Assembly: GCA_942492995.1 (NCBI GenBank)
Contig: OW818653.1
Coordinates: 810,001-842,000, forward strand
Length of the DNA: 32,000 nt
Reading direction: 5' to 3'
Origin: an uncultured Erysipelotrichaceae bacterium
GTDB lineage: Bacteria; Bacillota_I; Bacilli_A; Erysipelotrichales; Erysipelotrichaceae
Within the stretch, counting starts at the first letter, position 1, and each line of letters starts with the position of its first letter. Shown piece by piece: positions 26,877 through 32,000 of this stretch. The translations under genes and the position numbers were made by a program. A model generated the notes under the pieces. That model was given only the letters and a program-made list of their open reading frames with translations. It made no database searches and was not told where the DNA came from.

Positions 26877-27206
26877 TTATTGATTTAGTAAATCATCGAT
26901 GGATATATCTTCGAATTCACCTAAATCTACATCTTTAAATACAACTTCACTTGATATAAACTCCGCTTCATTCTTTCTATTCTCATACTTCAAAACAGCT
27001 AATTCATCTTCGTAATCCTCAAGCAATTCCATTAATCCTTCAAATAGTTCAGGATTCATGATAATTAGATCAGCTTTCCCGTTAACCGTTATTTCCACAG
27101 GTTTACGACTAGCTCTTACTATTCTAGCCATCTCTGTATATCTACGACGTACATCTGTTGAGGAGACCTTATCTAATCCATTATTTTTTTCTAAAATAGT
27201 TGTCAT
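26877..27206 (-). CDS. Phd/YefM-type antitoxin
   Basis: The N-terminus (VSSTDVRRRYTEMARIV...PVEITVNGKADLIIMNPELFEGL) is typical of Phd/YefM. Acidic C-terminal tail. Confidence 0.7.
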   Translation of the reverse strand: MTTILEKNNGLDKVSSTDVRRRYTEMARIVRASRKPVEITVNGKADLIIMNPELFEGLMELLEDYEDELAVLKYENRKNEAEFISSEVVFKDVDLGEFEDISIDDLLNQ

Positions 27207-27231
27207 ATTATCTGTCTCGCTTTCTGGCTCG

Positions 27232-27260
27232 ATTGTATCACAATTGATTTATGTCGTCAA
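27232..27260 (-). promoter_or_regulatory. Promoter of the TA operon with overlapping inverted repeat
   Basis: Minus strand TTGACG, 17 nt, TACAAT. The palindrome ATTGTatcACAAT (27233-27245) overlaps the -10. Confidence 0.55.
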
Positions 27261-27422
27261 AAGATTGCATATTATTTTGCGCATTATTTTGTGTATTATA
27301 AAATACATTTAAATGAATAAAAATTAATCAATTCAGTTTTAGAAATTCTAATATAACTAAATATGATTAATTCAGAAATTTTTAATGATTTTCAATACAG
27401 TTTAATACTTAAACGTTTTTTT

Positions 27423-27911
27423 CTATTCAATAGGTATATAAATATCCGTATAACTCTTATCTTTGAACTTCTTCGGTGGTTCTGTTATATACATTTCAAA
27501 TGGAAAAGAATCACGTGGTTTCTCACTTCCAACAAACAACCAGTTTTGATACATGTACTTCCAAGCCTCACCATATTCACTTGGTGATAAATGAAAGTGA
27601 CCAACACCAAATTTACCATTAATTACCATTGATGTAATATCATCGGTTTCTATGAATTTAGCGTCATTTGGCACAGTCATTGCGACACTTGTGCGTAAGT
27701 TCTTTTCATCTGTAATAAATGGATTATCATGATAGATTGTTAGTACTTTTGTTTGACCTTCAACAATCAATTTATTATCTTGCGCAAACTTAAAGATCTG
27801 ATTGAATAAGCGACGACTATTCTTTCTAAACTCAATGTAAGTACCTCTAAAGCGTATATAGATTACTTTTACATCCTTTAATTCTTCAATCGTTATATTA
27901 GGGATTTCCAT
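27423..27911 (-). CDS. GyrI-like small-molecule-binding domain protein
   Basis: V.YIRFRG.Y and later repeat features of the GyrI-like/SbmC fold. Own AGGAGGA RBS. Confidence 0.7.
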   Translation of the reverse strand: MEIPNITIEELKDVKVIYIRFRGTYIEFRKNSRRLFNQIFKFAQDNKLIVEGQTKVLTIYHDNPFITDEKNLRTSVAMTVPNDAKFIETDDITSMVINGKFGVGHFHLSPSEYGEAWKYMYQNWLFVGSEKPRDSFPFEMYITEPPKKFKDKSYTDIYIPIE

Positions 27912-27948
27912 ATCATATCCTCCTATACTCAGTTTAGTTAACTGAAAT

Positions 27949-28290
27949 TTATTTGGCTTGTATATTCTTGCTTAATCGAAATGCACTCGGATTCATTCCA
28001 TAATGTTTATTAAATGCTTTATTGTATGAACTTGCATCACAATAACCATATCGATATGCAATCTCAGTAATAGAAATCTTTGTGTTCACAACCAGATAAA
28101 TACCTGATCTTTCCATCTTTATACGGGTTATGAATTGAGTTATCGTTTCGGAAGACTGTTCTTTAAAGATACGATGAAAATGATATTTAGATAATCCAAC
28201 ATTAAACGCAATTTCATCTAGTGTTATTTTCTTATCTAAATTATTTTCGATATAATCTTCTGCCTTGTTTATAAGTGTATGATAGTTCAT
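27949..28290 (-). CDS. AraC-family HTH-only transcriptional regulator
   Basis: Two HTH units (LSKYHFHRIFK; IAYRYGY.D.SSYNKAFNKHYG..PS.FR). Only 113 aa. Confidence 0.8.
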   Translation of the reverse strand: MNYHTLINKAEDYIENNLDKKITLDEIAFNVGLSKYHFHRIFKEQSSETITQFITRIKMERSGIYLVVNTKISITEIAYRYGYCDASSYNKAFNKHYGMNPSAFRLSKNIQAK

Positions 28291-28342
28291 TGTTTTACTA
28301 TTTCTATCTATTATTTAATTTTTTAACCATATGTTTCTTGAA

Positions 28343-28822
28343 TTACAAAGTTTCTATTTTTTTATTAATCGTTTTAATATAAATCCCTTCTTCATCACCA
28401 AATCGATCTTTAATAAAATGATCTATTTCATAAAATTCACTTATTCTTTTTGTATCGAAAACACCATAATCAAAATTCTTATTCAATTTTTGTGGAGATC
28501 CAAATTTTTCAGTTAGCCAAATTTCTTTTCTGTTAAATGAATCGACAATTTTATCTTTTATATTCAAAGGCATACTATGTATCATTATTGAATCAAGTCT
28601 ATTATCGAATTCATCAAAATAAATATGTAACACTACTCTTTCGTACTTGTTTATCCAACTTTCACCGTGAATAACAGCTCTTTTATCATCTATTAATGTG
28701 CATCGATATCCTTTATCTAGAAGATACTTTTTTGCATCATTTAAGTCCCATAAAAATTCAATTCTAATATTTGGTCTGTATAACTCTAGATATTTGATTG
28801 TCAAAATAAATTTTCCTTTCAA
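28343..28822 (-). CDS. Hypothetical protein (159 aa)
   Basis: Long ORF that overlaps the upstream gene by 4 nt. No family recognised. Confidence 0.5.
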   Translation of the reverse strand: MKGKFILTIKYLELYRPNIRIEFLWDLNDAKKYLLDKGYRCTLIDDKRAVIHGESWINKYERVVLHIYFDEFDNRLDSIMIHSMPLNIKDKIVDSFNRKEIWLTEKFGSPQKLNKNFDYGVFDTKRISEFYEIDHFIKDRFGDEEGIYIKTINKKIETL

Positions 28823-29217
28823 TTAATTCGTTTGATTCTCTCAATTAATTTACAAATATATTCAGATAATTCTATTCTTTTTGAAGAATCTGAAACAACA
28901 AAACTTATTAATTTATAATCTTCATCATACAACATTGAAAATTTCGACCCATTAAAATTGCATTCAAAATGAATGCTCCATATATAAAGTTGACCGATTT
29001 TGTTATTTAAAAGCTTATATTGTTCAAATAAATCAAGAAAGAAAACTAATTCAGGAGATACTAATACTTTTGTATCATTTTCTACTGTAATTGATATTAA
29101 ATTTCCTTCTGACAAGTTCTCAAAGTATTTATTTGGAACATATTCATTGATTGGAAATAGTAACTCAAAAACAACTGGTTCCCCTTTTACATTATCAGAG
29201 TATTTTATTGTTATCAT
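28819..29217 (-). CDS. Hypothetical protein (132 aa)
   Basis: Long ORF with an AGGAGTAG RBS-like sequence upstream. No family recognised. Confidence 0.5.
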   Translation of the reverse strand: MITIKYSDNVKGEPVVFELLFPINEYVPNKYFENLSEGNLISITVENDTKVLVSPELVFFLDLFEQYKLLNNKIGQLYIWSIHFECNFNGSKFSMLYDEDYKLISFVVSDSSKRIELSEYICKLIERIKRIN

Positions 29218-29276
29218 TTTTACTACTCCTTTAATTATTCATAACAATTATTCATTATAAAGAACTATAAATAATT

Positions 29277-30155
29277 TCATTTTAAACTTCTATCGTAGAA
29301 TGGTTCAACATTATTGACAAATCTTTCATTTGAATCATTATACATAATCATGTCCAAAAACATATTTCCTAAATACGGTTTTGCAATATCAATAATCGAT
29401 TTAAAAACAAAATCTCTATCGTTTTTTGAATCTATTACTAGCAGTAAACTTGATTCATTATTTTTAGTCATTAGTCTTAACCAAACTCTGTCAATAATGT
29501 AATTTTTAGATAAATAATCTTTTATTGCATTTACCATTTCAGATGGATAGTTCTTCGGTTCACCTAAAAATACTTGTGTAGCTTCTTTGACCACTTGCGT
29601 TGAGTAACCTTTTTCGATTGATTCTTTCTTATTCTTAATAAAATTAATTTGATCAATCATAATTACATGATTCTCACCAAAAGGGTTTATAACAACTCCA
29701 ACATATTTGTTTCCATTACTTACAATTGAATGCACATCATCAAATCCCATAATAAGTGTTTTGGGGGATGTAACTTCTTTCCATTTATAAACTTCATTCC
29801 AATCAGTAAATATCGGTAAATAATTCTGATTATCTTTAGAGGTTAAAGAAAAAAAAGTCATGACACTACTTTGCTGAAATGTTGACGTTCCATCTCCATT
29901 ATCTGTTGGATTAATTGAAAATTTTACAATAGTTAAAAACTTTGCTTTCATAGCAACTTCTTCATAAACATTGCTAAGTGTTGTATTATTACCATTCAAT
30001 TTAAATTCTTTCAATAACTCAACTAATTTTGGATTTTCAACTGGTTTGTTTATATCAAAATCTATTCCATTACTTTCATTTTTATCTTCATGAATAGTCT
30101 TTTGTAAATTATCAATTGAATTTTTGGATTTAAAAATGTTTTTAAAGAAACTCAT
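29277..30155 (-). CDS. SseB-family protein
   Basis: LPIFTDWNEVYKW and the two-domain length resemble SseB N/C domains. Confidence 0.55.
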   Translation of the reverse strand: MSFFKNIFKSKNSIDNLQKTIHEDKNESNGIDFDINKPVENPKLVELLKEFKLNGNNTTLSNVYEEVAMKAKFLTIVKFSINPTDNGDGTSTFQQSSVMTFFSLTSKDNQNYLPIFTDWNEVYKWKEVTSPKTLIMGFDDVHSIVSNGNKYVGVVINPFGENHVIMIDQINFIKNKKESIEKGYSTQVVKEATQVFLGEPKNYPSEMVNAIKDYLSKNYIIDRVWLRLMTKNNESSLLLVIDSKNDRDFVFKSIIDIAKPYLGNMFLDMIMYNDSNERFVNNVEPFYDRSLK

Positions 30156-30277
30156 TATTGTACCTCTTTAATTAGTTATCTATTTCATACTAACTGTTTT
30201 GATGTTAACTCTCAATACTAAAAATAAACAAGGCATAGAAAAGCTTCTATTGAAATACATAGAAGCTTTTTTAATGA

Positions 30278-30760
30278 TTAAATACTGGAGTATTCTACAA
30301 TACAAGCAGTTTCACCTTTTTTTACTTTACGGTTAGGAGTCATTCCTAAATCCATAATATTTATGACTCTACTTGTTAGAACACATATTACAACAGGATC
30401 AAATCCATTCTTAATGATTTTCTTAAAATCCACTTCTACAACAGGACTTCCCATTTTTATAAATGTATTTTTCTCTACTAAGAGATTAAAGCCATCTCCA
30501 TTTAATGTAACAGTATCAATCCCTATATGTACAAGAAACTCAAGACCATCATCGTTTCGAATACCAAATGCATGTTTAGTTGGTGAAATCATCGTCACAA
30601 TACCATCAATTGGTGAATGTACTGTGTTCGATGTAGGATGAATCGCGAACCCATCTCCGATTATCTTTTGAGAAAACATATCATCATTAACTTGGGTGAT
30701 ATCAATTAATTGACCATCGCAACATGCTAAGACTTCTGTTTTAATTACTTTATTATTCAT
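30278..30760 (-). CDS. PTS EIIA component (glucose family)
   Basis: GDGFAI.P...V.SPIDG....PTKHAFGI....G.E.L.HIGIDTV with the phospho-His motif. Confidence 0.9.
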   Translation of the reverse strand: MNNKVIKTEVLACCDGQLIDITQVNDDMFSQKIIGDGFAIHPTSNTVHSPIDGIVTMISPTKHAFGIRNDDGLEFLVHIGIDTVTLNGDGFNLLVEKNTFIKMGSPVVEVDFKKIIKNGFDPVVICVLTSRVINIMDLGMTPNRKVKKGETACIVEYSSI

Positions 30761-30771
30761 ACAACCCTACA

Positions 30772-32000
30772 TTAATTCGTTTCGTTATTTTTTAGGTAGA
30801 TTTCCATATTCTCATCCTTTACACCTAATACGTTTGTAAAGAATGCGGCTGCTAGAACTGCCACTGCATAGCCTAATAAATATGCAAGAGGTTTAGTATT
30901 AACCAATGCGCCTAATAATCCAGATACATTCAATGCGATTGCGCCTTGGCCTGGGAATAAGCCTAAGACAAATCCACCACATGCACCACCAAGATTAGCC
31001 GCAATAAATGGACGCCATAGAGGAATTGAAACCCCATAAATCATCGGTTCAGAAATACCAAGTAATTGTGTAGGAATATTTCCATAGACTGTGTTACGTA
31101 GTTTCTTGTATTTTGGACCACGGTATTTAATTAATACACCAAGCGCAACCCCTGCTAAACCAGCACCTGCAAGAGATAAGAATCCTTGAAGTGATGTATA
31201 ACCAACTTCTTGTAATAGAGTTGTTTGAATCGGTGTAACGATATGATGTATACCTAATGCGACAAGTGGTAAGAATGTACCAGAAATGATCGCACCACCA
31301 ACTGCACCTGCATTATAAACTAACCATGTTACGACGCCTGCTAAACCATTGGAGATAATACCACTGATTGGTTGAATCACAAAGAGTAAAGCTAAGCCTG
31401 TTATTGTAATAGAGAGTAAAGCTGGGAAGTGTACTTGTAAGAATCCAGGAATAACTTTCTTGAATCTCTTTTCTAGATAAGCCACTAAGAAACCACCAAC
31501 TAGTGCAGCTAATGTTCCGCCCATACCACTTCTAAAGCTTAAATTCGCAAAGCCCATGGATACACCATTAAGTGATCCAACATTGATTACGATTGCCCCA
31601 ATCGCCATCCCTAAGAATGGACTACCGCCAATCGTTTTTGCGGCTTAAGACGCAACTGCGATATTCATGATTGAGAAGAATGAGAATGCGATAACACTAA
31701 GGGCTGCCATAAATAATGATCCACCATCTGCGATTGGTGCAGGATTAAATAGACTTACGCCAAAGTATAAATAGATATACTGGAAGATACGCATAATCCC
31801 AAAGATTAAACCTGTACCGGCAAGTGCTGGAATCATTGGTGTAAAGACTTGGGAGATTGTGGTAAATATTTCACTACGATTCTTTTTCTTTTCGTTGAAT
31901 TCTTCTACTTTATTAAGCGTACTATGTTTTTTACCATCCGCTTCAATCATCTTTTGAACTGCTTCTCTGACAAATTCCGCGTTGCCAGGTCCGACGATGA
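30772..32000 (-). pseudogene. PTS EIIBC permease (glucose/beta-glucoside superfamily) with in-frame TAA; 5' end outside window
   Basis: The frame is continuous from nt 32000 (IVGPGNAEFVREAVQKMIEADG...) through NIAVAS, a TAA at 31647..31645, then AAKTIGGSPFLGMAIGAIV... GISEP..YG motif present. Confidence 0.7.

Noticed and set aside
8671-31647. Possible stop-codon reassignment or readthrough, given several in-frame TAA codons (8673..8671, 17806..17804, 31647..31645)
   Set aside because: TAA is the normal terminator of most well-defined genes in this window, for example at 861, 1914, 3469, 5760 and 20677. Ordinary nonsense mutations in an AT-rich genome, or sequencing errors, are the simpler explanation.

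Overview
This is a low-GC Gram-positive (Bacillota-type) chromosomal window. Left flank (1-7.7 kb): the 3' end of a flavoprotein gene, a DUF4349-like lipoprotein, and an AdhR/NmlR-like MerR regulator. The regulator sits next to three aldo/keto reductases and an NTF2-like gene, which are served by two identical 19-bp-spacer MerR promoter/operators. Centre (7.8-18.5 kb): very AT-rich accessory DNA bounded by three direct copies of the last 18 nt of tRNA-Gly(UCC). That tRNA is the last gene of a six-tRNA operon (Val-Thr-Tyr-Gln-Lys-Gly, minus strand). I read this as two tandem islets with no integrase. Islet 1 (7.8-10.2 kb) holds immunity-like orphan genes: a Tdi1/DUF1851-like gene with an in-frame stop, a NADAR gene and a small unknown. 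Islet 2 (10.2-18.5 kb) is the most interesting part, a non-canonical agr-type quorum-sensing locus. It has a LytTR regulator, an AgrC-like kinase, two intact AgrB paralogues and one decayed one. It also has one intact AgrD-like peptide gene of 39 aa (absent from the ORF track, TTG start, no cysteine) and two decayed ones. These are arranged as three tandem modules, each ending in a different signal-peptide protein plus a small membrane protein or lipoprotein. Right flank (19-32 kb): housekeeping and stress genes, namely alr, a DUF5131 protein, a P-loop ATPase, a CDP-alcohol phosphatidyltransferase, a PHP phosphoesterase, a gpx-ohrR operon with a palindromic operator, a CBS protein, a nitroreductase and a GNAT. 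It also holds a Phd/RelE-type toxin-antitoxin pair, split AraC-HTH and GyrI-like genes, three unknown or SseB-like genes, PTS EIIA, and a PTS EIIBC gene broken by an in-frame stop. I found no CRISPR array, rRNA, transposase or integrase. All family calls come from motif recognition by eye; no searches were run.
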